A DNA stretch of 64,000 nt from the human T2T-CHM13v2.0 reference genome, Homo sapiens (GCF_009914755.1 NC_060934.1); one strand, 5' to 3'. Positions 27,980 to 43,390 are shown, counted from the first letter of the stretch. Notes: generated from the sequence alone by a model not told the origin. Made by a program: numbers and translations.

Positions 27980-28300
27980 TTCATTCATGTATTTAATATT
28001 TGTTGAAGGTCTGTTATGACCAGGTACCCTTTTGCATATTTGGCATGCAACAGTGAATAAAACAGACAAAAATCCAGGTTCTCATGGAGCTTCCATTCCA
28101 GCTGGGAGAGAGAGACCATCAACAATAAACATAGTAAGCCACATAGCATGTTAGGAGGTGATCAGTGTAGTGGGGAAAAAGTAGACCAAGGTAAGGGGCC
28201 TAGGAATGTGTTGTTGGGGTCGAGATTACATATTGTAATTGGCAAAGAGTGGCAGTTTAAAAAGACAGAGTAGGATAAAGATTTTTAAAGGAAGTGAGAG
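27980..28300 (-). mobile_element. L2a 3' end
   Basis: TTCATTCATGTATTTAATATTTGTTGA...CAGTGAATAAAACAGACAAAAATCC...CTCATGGAGCTTCCATTC. Confidence 0.75.
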
Positions 28301-28409
28301 AATATGGAGTTTTTTTACCTTGCAGGCATATTATGAATATTCAGTGAAAAAACAACGTGTGTGCTCACCAGGCAGGAAGAGCTCAGCAAATGGTGGCTGG
28401 TCTGGAAAT

Positions 28410-28612
28410 TATTGTCATCACTATAATCCTCATCGACATCCTCAGCCTTATTGTCATCATCATCAACCTCATCAGTGTCATCATCAGCCTCATCAACGTC
28501 ATCATCAGCCTCATCACTGTCATCATCAGCCCTTTGTCATCATCATCATCCACCTTGCTGTTCTCTTCCTTGTTGACATCATTATCCTCATCCTCCTCAT
28601 CACCATCAACAG
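28410..28612 (+). repeat. (CAT)n-rich low-complexity tract with a 21-bp higher-order unit
   Basis: About 3.5 copies of GTCATCATCAGCCTCATCANY within a decayed CAT microsatellite. Confidence 0.85.
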
Positions 28613-28924
28613 CATTATTTTTATTTTTTATTCTTCCACCTGTAAGAGTTTCTTTTCCTCCCTCTTATTGTTTTCCTCTTGGGATGACTAGTGGTGAAGG
28701 AAGTGTCAGAGGCAATGACCTCACAGCTGTCGTTGCCATGGGTGACACCTCCCAGAAAGAGCTTATTGGAACTTTCAGTCCAGGGGAGTTTCTGCTGTTC
28801 CAGGATGGAGGAAATGTTCAAGAACTGTGGAGCATCTGAGATTTTTTTCCTACTTTTGATGTCCACCTAGTCAAAGTTCAGGTAGGCTTATTGTCTATTA
28901 TAAAAGCTCCAGGTTCCCAAAGCT

Positions 28925-29133
28925 TGGCGAAATCCCGTCTCTACAAAAAAATACAAAAATTAGCCAGGGTTGGTGGTGGCTTGCACCTGTAGTCCCAGGT
29001 ACTCAGGAGGTTGAAGTGGGAAGATCGCTTGAGGCTGGGAGGTGGTGGTTGTGTTGAGCCAAGATCTCACCACTGCACTCCAGCCTGGGTGACAGAGTGA
29101 GACCTTGCCTCAAAAACAAACAAACAAAAAACC
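28925..29133 (+). mobile_element. AluJ-type, 5'-truncated
   Basis: GGGAAGATCGCTTGAGG and GAGACCTTG are J-type features; A/C-rich tail. Confidence 0.85.
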
Positions 29134-29381
29134 AAAGATTTTTTTAAAAAAAGAATTAGCAAAAAAGTGTGTGACAGAATCATTATTCATTTGGTGTTTA
29201 TTGGTTATTTAGGGACTCTGAGGGTAAGAATCCCGGCTCATCACTTAGGAACTGCTGTGTTTCTGCCATCTCAGGGAGTCTGTTTAGTTCTCAGCTCTAG
29301 TAGTCTTGGCTTTGATCCCTAGCTGTTCCACTTTTCCAAGGGTGTAACTAGGCAATTTGCTTTGCCTACTTCCTTATCCTT

Positions 29382-29708
<327 letters not shown>

Positions 29709-30816
29709 TAAAATGGGACTCACGATGGTATTCACTTTAGAAGGCTACTAGGAGGACCAAATGATATAATGTCTCAACAGTGCTTAGCTCCACGCCTGGC
29801 ACATGGCAAGGACTTGGTTGATGATGGTAAAGATGGTGGGGATGATGATTTTCCACAAGGAAAAACATGAGTTACAGGAAACCAGCTGGAGATTGGTGGC
29901 TTCACCAGGTAATAAGCTGTGATTGGGTCCTCTGATGCCAGAGATGGAGATGGAGAGATTTTTTTATTCTTCAATGTAGTGGTCACATTGGGCCTTTAGG
30001 ATTGAACTCTGTTTCAGAATTTAATATCCCAGGATTTGTTTACATATGTCTTCAGAAATCATGTCACACTCAAAGCCTCAATGAGAACTCTTTTTTCTAG
30101 AAATCTCTATTAAAACCCCAAAGTTGAATCAGGGTATTATATAGTCCTTAGATATCACATTGATATGTGTCCTACTAAGGATTAAATATGTCATGCAGAC
30201 CCCAGTGTAGACATATAGTTTCATAAACCATATACCCAGAAACCCTAAGAAAATAGAGATTCTACTTGTGTGAAAAGTCCACTCAACATGCTAAATATTT
30301 CCTGTGTGTCTGTCATGAGCCAGGCAATGAATGTGATGGGCAGTACAGTGGATCCCCAGTCTGCATGATGCAGGCTCTCTCCCAGGGAGCTTGGAAGTGC
30401 CCTGGATCTATAATTCATATGGAATGTAGAATGCAAATGCCTAGAGAGGCTAAACAAGAAGATATACAGAGAGAGAAAGAATGAGAATGAGAATATCATA
30501 AGGAGATCATGAATGGCATCCTGAAGGTGCAGGCAGAGGGGCGTTTGGCGGGGCATTTGGCAGGGCCTTGAAGAACACGGTGAATTACAAAAAGCCAAGT
30601 CTTAGAGCTGATCTGGATTTTAATCCCAACTCCACCTTTGTGACCTTAGACAAAATGATTTAACCTTTAGTGCTTCTCTTGTGCTTTTTTCCCCATTTGT
30701 AAAAAGAAGATGTTAAAACAACCTTGTGGGACCTTGTAAGGGTCAATGACTAAAGTGGTTCACATGCTTGGCAAGCACTAGGATCAATAAATGGTATTAA
30801 AAACATTGTGAGCAAA

Positions 30817-31240
30817 AGTCTTAGGTGGGGTTCCCAGAAAGCATACTGTCAGATGGAGGTTTACTGGGAATGCTCTTGGGAACAACGCCTGTGGGCTCCT
30901 GGAGGATGCTGAATTAGGCAGATGGAGGAACTGAACTGTGCTGCAGTCATGACAGAGGACTCAGCCCATGGCAGGGAGCTCTGGAGCTGGGGAGCCCTCC
31001 AAAGTGATCCTGAATTGAGGCAAAAGGGCTGGTCTTGTGCCACCTTATCAGCCAGTTTCTGGACGGGAACTGCCCCTGTGGAGAGGATGTAACTCTGGGC
31101 AAGGCAGTTCCCTTGGCAGAAGGCAAGTCCAGGAGAGGGCCTCAGCTGTGAGCCGTCAGCAGCCAACACTCCTAGAATCCAAGGGAATGAATGCCTTGGT
31201 CCTGAAGGAGCACACCACAGCACACCACAGTGTCCACTAC
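30817..31240 (-). mobile_element. LTR16A-like ERVL LTR
   Basis: GGGTTCCCAGAAAGCA...GGGAGCTCTGGAGCTGG...GGGCCTCAGCTGTGAGCCGTCAGCAGCCAACAC...GTCCACTACA. Confidence 0.75.
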
Positions 31241-32257
31241 AGCAGGGGAAGCTCAGTACATTAGAATGAGATCCATCTCTTCCAGGTATTCTATTACTTC
31301 CTCTGAGGCCTAGGCCTGACTGAAATTCAGAGACGCCTTCACCGTTGGAAAGAGGAAGCTTTCCTCTGCCCCATGAAGACAGCTCTGGGTGGCTCTGGCC
31401 TCATTCTGCATTCAGGGCCTCCTCACTTACCACTGCTCCTGAAGATAGTCAGCCCCTTCTGCTTCCTCCCTACTTTTATTCTTACTTGTGACCTTTTTAC
31501 TTTCTTGAAAGGATCGAACAGTAGATATCAAATAGCCAAGTGCTACTTCTCAAAGAGAAGTAGAGAATCCCTAGAAAGACCTTGAAATCACATGAGCTCA
31601 ATTGCAGGTCACATTTCCAGGGCTGGGGCTGGCAGGGGTTACTGGCCTCATCTAGATGGTCCCAGGAAAGAGTTGTACAATGACCTGCACAATTAAGGCA
31701 GTGTTTGAAGCCAGTCTGAGCTAGCCCTGAATTTGACTTGTTCCATCACCCAAGGTTTCTGGACAGTTCCTTGCTCTCTATAAGTACACAACCTTCTTCC
31801 CCATTTCTCTCTCTGCCACTGACATTTAGAAATTTGCACTCTTCCCCTCCTACCTAACTGATCCAGGGCTCAGGGGAATTCCAGGCTTCAGGCTAGTCTG
31901 CCCAGTGATACCACATTTATTTACATGGAATGTAAAGAGAAGTCCACTGATTGCTATTAATAACTAAACAAAGTTATCCTGGAGACACTGCAGTTTCTGG
32001 CCCCACCCAAGGCAAAAGAACCAATGAGGACTTTTTAAAAACATTACTTTTTATGGGTATATAGTAAAGGACTTTTTAAAAATGAAAATGAACCCATTGT
32101 TAGCTTTGATTTTGTGGGTGCCAAAGTCTAAGGTGTTTTGGGTTTGTACTCAGTCTGAACGAGGATTTTTTTTTGCATAGTTTCCCCTTTCTAACACTAT
32201 TGCATTAATATTTAGCAATTTGTACTAAGGTAGAAACTGTCAATCAAGAGTAGTTCA

Positions 32258-32595
<338 letters not shown>

Positions 32596-32884
32596 TAATG
32601 CTGGCCTTCACCCAAGAAGAACTAAATCTCCCTCAGGACAACTTTTTGCTGTTCTTTATAGCAATTATCTTCAGAGTTAACAGTAGCTCTAAAATAAAGA
32701 AATTTCTCTGTTAGAACCACCCCCAGATATTCAGATACAGACCCCCAGCTGTGATTCTAAATGCAGAGACAGACATTGCTCCCCTTTATTTTTCCATGCC
32801 CCAATAATTATTGATTAATGAAATTGGCAGCTGAACTACAGGGCTCCTAAAAAAGTGCTCAGAGTATATCTGAATGTTTAGCTT

Positions 32885-33365
32885 TAAGGATGCTCCTTGC
32901 AGGGTTCTTTTCATGGCAAATATTGGAAACAACTTAGATACTCAATAACAGGAGATCTGTTGAATAAACTGTGGCAGATATATTCATTAGAAGATTACGC
33001 AGCCACGAAAATGATATGCACGAAAATGATATTGCAGAAGTATATTCCATGCCATGAAAATCTCTATAGTATAGTATGTGCATATTTGTAAATATGTATA
33101 TATATGTGTGTGTATATATATACATATACACACATACTGTGTATACATACACACATATATGTGTGTGTGTGTATATATATATACACACACATACTGTGGC
33201 TGTATAAATAAACACATGATCTTAGGAGAGACCTTGCACAATGTCAGTCATTTTTCCTTGACAGCGAGATTGCTGGTGAGTTCTATTTTCTTTTGCTCAT
33301 CTTTTTCATTCTAATTTTTCAGCAATACACATATATTTCTTACGTAATTAAGAAGTAAAAGGTTA
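32885..33365 (+). mobile_element. Old L1M (ME/MC-like) 3' fragment containing a compound (TA/TG/CA)n microsatellite at ~33090-33197
   Basis: ATTGGAAACAACTTAGAT...TGAATAAACTGTGG...GCAGCC L1 3' motifs. Confidence 0.6.
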
Positions 33366-34139
33366 TGAAATGAGTGCAGAGGAGGAGGAGGTCTCCTTCC
33401 TGTTGAAATGTGGGCTGTTGACATAAGGAGCACCCAGTTTTTATATCCCAAAGCCCCAGCCCCTCATTATGACCACCCTGCCTCCCATGAGGTCCGCAGC
33501 CAGCGGCCTAAGGTGGCCACATTTGTGTGTTATGGACAGGGACGGAAGTGTGGCAAAGGGCAAAGACGTTTAGACCTGCCTCTACCTTCCGGGGCGAAAG
33601 CAGGAGGTAGCGACTTGCCCTCTCTGAAACTCCATTTCTTGGGAACCCCAAACTTGGGGCCCTTCTGGAGTTCTCCGTGATTCTGAGCAGCTGGAACATC
33701 TCTTCCAGAGCCTCAGAGGGAGGGTGTCCTGGTGACTTTGCCCCCAGAGGCAATGCTGCTCCGTCCTGTGCTGCTGCAGTCCTTGAGGGGTGTGAATGCT
33801 GGGCATGGGACAGGACAGGCCACCTACCCGGGACTGGCATCCCTGTAGGGTCCCCGGCTCTCTGACATCCACAGAGGCCAGGTGCCGACCCCCCCACGGC
33901 CCAGTGTCCTCCTGAAGGCATGCATGTGCCTCTGCTTTAGGGCATAGAATGGGGTGGACGCCAGCCAGGGCTGGTGGAGGTGATGACAGCACTGACTATC
34001 TGCAGATCTTGCTTCGGCTAAGGTTGCGTGGTTTGCAATTAGACGAGAGGTCTGGGGGCCTGGGAGATCATTTCCTTCAGCAGGTTATCATTTGGGCAAA
34101 ATCAAGGGCTTGTCAGCCTTAGCACAGGCTCTGCCTGCT

Positions 34140-34840
34140 CCCTCTCTGCACCCCCCTGCCCCTACCCAGGCAGCCCTGGAACTCTGTGCCCCAGAAACTC
34201 AGGCTGCCAGCTCTTCTGTGGGACCTCAGGCCCTTGGTATTCTCTGAGCAAACTGTGTTGTGCAATGATCCCTTCCTGGAGACATCTTTCCACAGCACTT
34301 TTCCCATCCCTGAGTCTAGTACTCCTCACCCCTCCCTCCCATCACATATCACAGTTTGTGATTATCCATTTATTTGTATGGCTGTTGGTCACTGTTTCCC
34401 CCACTAGACGATAAGACTAAGTATTGTTCACACTTGTTTGCCTAGCGCCTAGCACAGAGCCTGGCACATAGTAGGCTCCCAATAATGAAATGAAAGCATG
34501 CATGTATGCCTGCATGATCAACACACGGCAGCCATCAGGAACATTCTAACCTTCAGAATGGGACCAGCTCTCCTGGACATGAGTCCAGGTTCAGCAAATC
34601 AGCTGTGTGATCATGGACAAGTTGACTGACTGTTCTGAGATTGTTTTCCCATCTCTTTAATGTGGATGCAAATAGCACTTTTCTCTTTCTTGCTCTTTTT
34701 TTTTTTTTTTTTTTGCCTGTCAGCTCATACCTAGCAAATAGCACTGTTATCATAGGGTTGTAATGAAGAGTCAATGAGATGAGGCCTGCAAAGCATCTGA
34801 CACAGAGGGAGCATACAATGAATGAGCGTCTTTATTATTT
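34140..34840 (+). mobile_element. L2 3' end followed by MIR
   Basis: CCTAGCACAGAGCCTGGCACATAGTAGGCTCCCAATAA (L2 end), then GCTGTGTGATCATGGACAAGTT...CATAGGGTTGTAATGAAG (MIR). Confidence 0.7.
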
Positions 34841-35417
34841 TGTCCTTTGAGCTTCTTCCAGCCAGAGCTGGAGGTCATCCTCGGTTATAAAATCTCTTGA
34901 TTTCCTCGTAGATCTGGGCCTCTCCATCTGCCTGTGTGTCACTTCTTCCTCCCCACTAGTGTTCCTGGGCTTAGGGGGCAGACGAGAAGAAAGCGGGCAT
35001 CCCTCTGCTCTAAAAGGTTCTGCTTTTAGATGATAAACTGCAGGGGGAGAATCCAGTTTACTGGATACGACTTAGAACCTGTTGTGGGTCTGTCGGCATT
35101 CTATCTGGGATGTCAGTGTGGGTGAGCAGAGAGGGGAGCTGCTCCCACAAACCCCACCTTGTGGAACCCCAGGTATTGCAGGAAATGTGGCTGTGGGCTG
35201 CCCCCTTCCTGAAGCAGGCTCCATGCAGGGCTGACTGCTGCGATTCAAGAAGGGACCCAGACAGGTTGTTGTTTCGGTCTGGATGTTACCATGTGGTGTC
35301 ACCTCTAAGAGGGAAATCAGACATTGGAGAAACTTGATTCAGACACAGGCACACAGGGGCACAGACATTGGCTTCTCTAGTCCATTAACAATTGGGTGCA
35401 TTTAAGAGTCTGCATCA

Positions 35418-35560
35418 GGCCGGGTGCAGTGGCTCACACCTGTAATCTCAGCACTTTGGGAGGCTGAGACTGGAGGATCGCTTGAGGCCAGGAGTTTGAG
35501 ATCAGCCTGGGCAACATAGAAAGACCCCGTTTCTACAAAACAACAACAGCAAAGCAAAAC
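35418..35560 (+). mobile_element. FLAM-C-like free left Alu monomer
   Basis: Single monomer with GGAGGATCGCTTGAGGCCAGGAG; TSD AGTCTGCATC at 35407-35416 and 35561-35570. Confidence 0.88.
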
Positions 35561-35745
35561 AGTCTGCATCTAACTCCTGGATTCTGGTGGTACTCAGAGA
35601 GGTAAAGCACCTGGCACACAGTCACACAGCTGCTGGTTGGCAGAGGCAGCGCTTCCAACCAGTCTGTGTGCTTCCAAAGCTTTCCCAAGTAATACTACCT
35701 CTATGATCCGCATTTCCACTTCAAGTTTACCTAGATGCCAGTTTT

Positions 35746-38700
35746 TTAAAAACATAAATTTTTTATTTTTTAAATAATTTTTACTTTCATTTTAGATCCA
35801 GGGGGTATATGTCCAGGCTTATTACCTGGGTATGTTAAGTGATGCTGAGATTCAGGGTATGGATCCTGACACCAACTTAGTGAGCACAGTACCTGATAGG
35901 AAGCTTTTCAACCCCCACCTGGCCCCTCTTCCTCTAGAGCTTCCCAGTGTGCATCGTTGTCATCTTTACGTTCATGTGTACTCAGTACTGTACTGAGAAC
36001 ATGCAGTATTTGGTTCTTGCATTAATTCGCTTAGGATAATAACCTCCGGCTACATCCATGTTGTGCAAAGGACATGATTTTGTTCTTTTTAAGGCTGCAT
36101 AGTATTCCATGGAGTTAATGTACCACATTTTCTTCATCCAGTCCACCGTCGATGGGCACCTGGGTTGATTCCACGTCTTTGCTATTGTGAATAGTGCTGC
36201 GATGAACACACGCAAGTTCATTTGTCTTTATGGCAGATGATTTATTTTCCTTTGGGTATATACATAGCCATGGGATTGCTGGGTCAAACAGTAGCTGTTG
36301 TAAGTTCTTTGAGAAATCTCCAAACTGCTTTCCACAGTGGCTGAGGATTACATTCCCACCAACAGTGTATAAATATTCCCTTTTCTCTGTGGCCTTGCCA
36401 GCATGTTATTTTTTGAGTTTTTAATAATAGCCATTCTGACTGGTGTGAGATGGTATCTCCTTGTGGTTTTGATTTGCATTTCTCTGAGGATGAATATTTT
36501 TCGTATGTTTGTTGGCTGCTTGTATGTCTCTTAAAAAGTGTCTGTTCATGTCCTCTGCCCATTTTTAAATGGGCTTATTTGTTTTTTGCTTGTTGATTTG
36601 TTTAAGCTGAAAGCTAACAAACTAGTTCTGGTTTTAAACTTGACAACCAATTGGGCCTAATAGATATCTACAGAATATTGACCTAATGGATATCTACAGA
36701 ATATTGCACCCAACAACCACAGAATATACCCTCTTTTCTCTCATCTGCGCATGCAATATATTCTAAGATTAACCACATGCCAGGTCATAAAGGAAGCCTC
36801 AATAAGTTTGAAAAAATTGAAATCATACCAAGTACACTCTTGGATTACATTGCAATTAAAACATAGAAATCAATATCAAGGAGATCTCCCAAAACTACAC
36901 AAATACATGGAAATTAAATAACTTGCTCCCAAATAACTCCTGGGTGAACACAAAATTAAGGGAGAAATAAAATTATTTGAAATTAATGAAAATAGGGACA
37001 CAACTTACCAAAATCTCTAGGATGCAGCTAAAGCAGTATTAAGAGGAATGTTTATAACACTAAATACCTTATCAAGACATTAGTAAGATCTCAAATTAAC
37101 AGTGTAACTTTGCACCTAGAGGAACTAGAACACAAGAACAAACCAATCCCCAAACTAGCAGAAGAAAAGAAATAACTAAAATTAGAGAATGAACAAAATT
37201 GACCTGCAAAAATCCATACGAAAGATAAATGAAACCAAGATTTGATTTTTTAAAGAATAAACAAGATCAATAGACCACTAGCTAGATTTACAAAGAAAAA
37301 AAGATCCAAATGACAAAGATGACATTACAACTGATCCCACAGAAATACAGATCTTCAGAGACTATTTTGAATAACTCTATGCACACAAATTAGAAAACCT
37401 AGAGGAAATGGATTAATTCCTAGAAATGCACAACCTCCCAAGATTGAACTAGGAAAAAAATCGAAATCATGAACGGATCAATAACAAGTTCCAAAACTGA
37501 ATCAGTAATACAAAATCTACCAACCAAAAGAATGTTCTGGACCAGAGGAATTTACAGCTGAACCCTACTAGAGGTATAAAGAAGAACTGGTACCAATCCT
37601 ACTGAAACTATTCTAAAAAATTGAGGAGGAGGCTCCTCCCTAACTCATTCTATGAAGCCATCATCAGCCTGATACCAAAATCTGGCAGAGACACAATGAA
37701 AGAAAACTTTAGGCCAATATCTCTGTTGAGCATAGACACAAAACTTCTCAACAAAATATTAGCAAAACTAATCCAGCAGCATATCAAAAAGTTAAATCAA
37801 GTGGGCTTTATTCCTGTGATGCAAAACTGGTTCAACATATGCAAATCAATAAATGTGATTCACCACATAAACAGAATAAAAAGCAAAAACCATATGATCA
37901 TCTCAAAAGATGAAGAAAAGGCTTTTGATAAAATCCAACATCGCTTTGTGATAAAAACCCTCAATAGACTAGGCATTGAAGGAACATGCCTCAAAATAAT
38001 AAGAACCACCTATAACAAACCCACAGCCGACATCATACTGAACAGGCCAGAAGTGGAACCATTCCCTTGAGAACTGGAACAAGACAAGAATGCCCACTCT
38101 CACCACTCCTATTCAGCATAATAGTGAAAATTTTAACCAGAACAATCAGGCAAGAAAAAGAAAGGGCATCCAAATAGTAAAAGAAGAAATCAAACTATCT
38201 TTTTTTTGCTGACAACATGATTCTATACCTAGAAAATCCTAAAAACTCTGCTGAAAGGCTCCTAGAACTGATAAATGACTTCAATAAAGTTTTTAGATAC
38301 AAAATCAATGTACAAAAATCAGTAACATTTCTATACATCAATAACATTCAAGTTGAGAATCAAATCAAAATTTGTTTGATTTTTTTGTGGTTATTTGCAA
38401 CAACCACAAAACATTGAAATACCTAGGAATACAGCCAACCAAGGAGGTGAACTATCTCTGCAAGGAGAACTACAAAACACTGCTGAAAGAAATCAGAGAT
38501 GACACATATAAATGGAAAAAAATTCCATGCTCATGGATTGGAAGAATAAATATTGTTAAAATGGCCATACTGCCCAAAACAATTTACAGATACAATGCTA
38601 TTCCTATCAAACTATGAATGTCATTTTTCACAGAATTAGAACAAAAAAAATTCTAAAATTTATATGGAACCAAAAAAAGAGCCCAAATAGCCAAAATAAT

Positions 38701-39291
38701 TCTAAGTAAAAAGACAAAAGCCATAGGCATCCCAGTACCCAACTTCAAACTATAAGGCTACAGTAACCAAAACAGCATGGTACTGGTATAAAAATAGACC
38801 TGTAGACCAACAGAACAGAATAGACAATCCAAAACTAAAGCTGTATACTTACAACCATTTGATCTTTGACAAAGCTGACAAAAACAAACAATGGGGAAAG
38901 GACTTCCTGTTTCGTAAATGGTGCTGGGATAACGGCTAGCAATAAGCAGAAAATGAAACTGGACCCCTACCTCTCACCAAATATAAAAATTAACTCAAGA
39001 TGGATTAAAGATTTAAATGTAAGCCCTCAAACTATAAAAATCCTGGAAGAAAACCTAGGAAGTACCCTTCTTGACATTGACCTTGGCAAATAATTTTTGG
39101 CTAAGTCCCTAAAAGCAATTGCAACTAAAACAACAATTGACAAGTGAGACCTAATTAAACTAAAGGGCTTCTGCATGGCAAAAGAAATTTAGAGTAAACA
39201 GAAAACTACTGAATGGGAGAAAATATTTGCAAACTATGCATCTGATGAAGGTCTAATATCCAGGATCTGTAAGGAACTTAAATCAACAAGT
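35746..39291 (-). mobile_element. L1PA15/16-like LINE-1, 5'-truncated with 5' inversion (twin priming)
   Basis: 35746-36606 is the antisense 3' UTR and ORF2 end; 36607-39290 is sense ORF2. The pieces meet at the same L1 position. TSD TAGATGCCAGTTTT / TGGATACCAGTTTT. Confidence 0.9.
37621..38070 (+). pseudogene. Decayed L1 ORF2 reverse-transcriptase fragment
   Basis: [19 protein letters not shown]...KENFRPISL...NKILA...QVGFIP...[16 protein letters not shown]...EKAFDKIQH matches L1 ORF2p. Adjacent frames are broken by stops and frameshifts (38217-38617 continue as [33 protein letters not shown]). Confidence 0.92.
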
Positions 39292-39739
39292 TGGATACCA
39301 GTTTTAATGGCTTACAGCTGTAAGTTCCTATATTCAGTCACCAAGTTTTCAACACCAGGTTCTGGCGAAAGTGCCGAAAATATGAAGATGAACAAGTCTG
39401 ACAAAGAAAATCTGGCTAGGGTGGTAAAATTTTCTAGGGAAGTCACAAGGGGGAGGGGGCGTGTAAAACAGGTGGAAGATAAGGGTTATGTCATGAAGTA
39501 GGTTTATTCAGGTCCAGTGTAGCCTCTAATTCCAAGTTTCTCGTGATAAGGGCTATTTTCTAACTGTTGTATAGAGACGATGTCCCTTCAGAAGCAACTT
39601 TATTATTGCTGCATGCAGGAAGAAATAGATCAGCTAGCCCTTTCTGAAACTACAAGAATCTTGGTTTACTAGCAAAATTATATCCAAGTAAAACACTATG
39701 CCACTTACCAGTACTTACAAATCTATGTGTCTCAATTTT

Positions 39740-41300
<1,561 letters not shown>

Positions 41301-41482
41301 GATGACAAAGCCTGAGGCTCTGAGAAAAAAGACGATTCAAGCCATATGCTAAGAAAGGGCTGACCAAGACTGACACCTGGGTTTCCTTCAATCTTTCTAA
41401 CAACCTTCAGGCAAGAATTTTGGTAGGAATCATGGTCTATGGAGCTGCAGGGTTGGTTTTATCTCTTCCGCAAAAATGCAGT

Positions 41483-41702
41483 CAGTCGTTTCCCGGTATT
41501 GGTTCCAGGATCCCCCAATATCAAAATCCACAGATGCTCAATGTCCTTATAGAAATCAGTGTAGTATTTGCATAGAACCTACACTCTTCCTCCCGTAGAC
41601 TTTAAATCATCTCTAGATTACTTGTAATACCTAATACACTAAGAATGCTATATAAATAGTTGCTATTCTGTATTGTTTAGGGAATAATGAAAAGAAATGT
41701 CT
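41483..41702 (+). mobile_element. MER2 TcMar-Tigger fragment
   Basis: TTGGTTCCAGGA...CAAAATCCACAGATGCTCAA...ACTTTAAATCATCTCTAGATTACTT...GTTTAGGGAATAATGA. Confidence 0.8.
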
Positions 41703-42380
41703 AAAATGTGGGGCAGGAGGTCAGCAAGAAAGCTTCCTTCCTGTGCCAGCTTGAGGAGTCCTTGGGAAGCCACCAGCACTGTTGATAATGAGGACACTTA
41801 GATGCCAAGTGGCCTCTCGGGTCTGTCTTCTGCTAATAAGACTAAAGAGGGGAAGTGTAAAGAATTTGCACCCCAATCCTCTGGTGGGCTGGGGCAGGAT
41901 GCAGCCACACTCTTCTTATTTCTATTTTGTATTTTTGTTTGAAGAAGTCATCTCCCAGATGAAAAGTCAGTTTGAAGGCACACTGGGGGTTTGTGGCATG
42001 AGTTTGTCAACTGCTGGAGTAAAGAGCTCTGATAGATGGATAAACAGCCTTCTGGTTTTTTGAAAGCTGTTTTCAGTTCCCTTCCAGGATCTGCGCTTGG
42101 GAAGAAATAAGCCACCCCTCAGAACCTCAGAAGATTTACTTCAACATCTGTAGAAGTATTTTAATTTCTTCCTTGAGTAGGTTTGGCTTGGCCAACTGAA
42201 ACTGTGGTTAAACTATTTTTAATCATGTTAATAAGAAAATTGTCCTGCCCAGAACAGGAAAGCGTTGTCTGTTTTTATTGTGCTGCATAAAAATAACTGT
42301 CTCCAGCCTTCTTGTTATGTAGTGGGCGATGACATACATTATTTTACTTAGTCCTCCTCCGAGGAACTCAGTAGGCGGAT

Positions 42381-42715
42381 GATCTTAGTTCATTGGGGCT
42401 GCTTTAGCAAAAGACCACAACCTGGCTGGCTTATAAACAGCAGACATTTATTTTTCACAGTTCTGGAGGCTGGAAGGTCCAAGATCAAGGTACCAGCAGA
42501 TTCAAAGTCTAGTGAGGGCTCTCTTCCTGGTTCATAGATGACCCCTTCTCAAAGCTCTCTGGGGCTTCTTTTATTGTGGCATTAATTCCATTCATGAGGG
42601 CCCTGTCCCCAGGATCTAGGCACCTACCACAGGCCCCATCTCCTAACACCATCACACTGGGGATTAGGTGTCAACTTATGATTTTGCAGGGGGCACAAAT
42701 AATCAGGCCACAGTA
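42381..42715 (-). mobile_element. MLT1A-like MaLR LTR
   Basis: TCTTAGTTCATTGGGGCTGC...CACAGTTCTGGAGGCTGG...CCAAGATCAAGG...CCATTCATGAGGG...CCATCACACTGGGGATTAGG. Confidence 0.85.
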
Positions 42716-43029
42716 CAGATAGAATTGTCTATTTTGCCCCTGAAGATACTTTAGCTCTGAGAAATGAATAAGGTGACTGGTTTCACTGGGAGGTGGGAGG
42801 AGTGCTGGGAGTGAGGGGAGGAAATACAAACACGATGGAATGTACTACCACCCCTAGGAGAACTCACCGTTGAATGTAGGGATTCTTGACTAGCAAGGCC
42901 CTTGGAGATCAGCTGGAGCAATCTGCTCATTTTATAGCTAGGAAAGGAGGCCCAGCAGGAGGGGACGGTGTGCCCAAGGCTGAGAGTGTGGTGAGTGCTG
43001 GGTTCCTCCCAATACCCATTTCCACCAGG

Positions 43030-43390
43030 CAAAATGTCCCAGCATCCCTTGCAGATGTGGCCATGCAACTAATTCTGGCCAGTAAGACATAGATCTCCAG
43101 GAATTCTGAAAAAGAGAGGAGTTATGCCCCATTTGCTTTCTAATGACCCCACCACCACCGCCCCATCCTGCTGCCTGAAGTGTGAAGCTTCAGCAACATC
43201 TTAGCCCAGAGGGACTGGGCAGCCCCTGGGAATGGAGGAGAGGAGAACTGGAAGGAGCCTGGATCTCTGTCGACTTCACTGAGCTTCCCTGGACAGGGCT
43301 CTGGATTTACTTTATGTGAGAGAAATCAGCCTCGATCTTGCTTTTCTGGGGTTTTTTGTTCCATGTGGCTAAACTTGCGTGGAGTTAATA
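43030..43390 (+). mobile_element. Old MLT1 LTR fragment
   Basis: CCCAGCATCCCTTGCAG...TTCTGGCCAGT...GAAGGAGCCTGGATC...TTATGTGAGAGAAAT. Confidence 0.6.

Noticed and set aside
28239-28839. His/Gln-rich and hydrophobic ORFs
   Set aside because: Translation of a (CAT)n low-complexity tract.
39390-39665. Possible ERV1/LTR fragment after the L1
   Set aside because: It looks repeat-like, but I cannot assign a family or termini with confidence.
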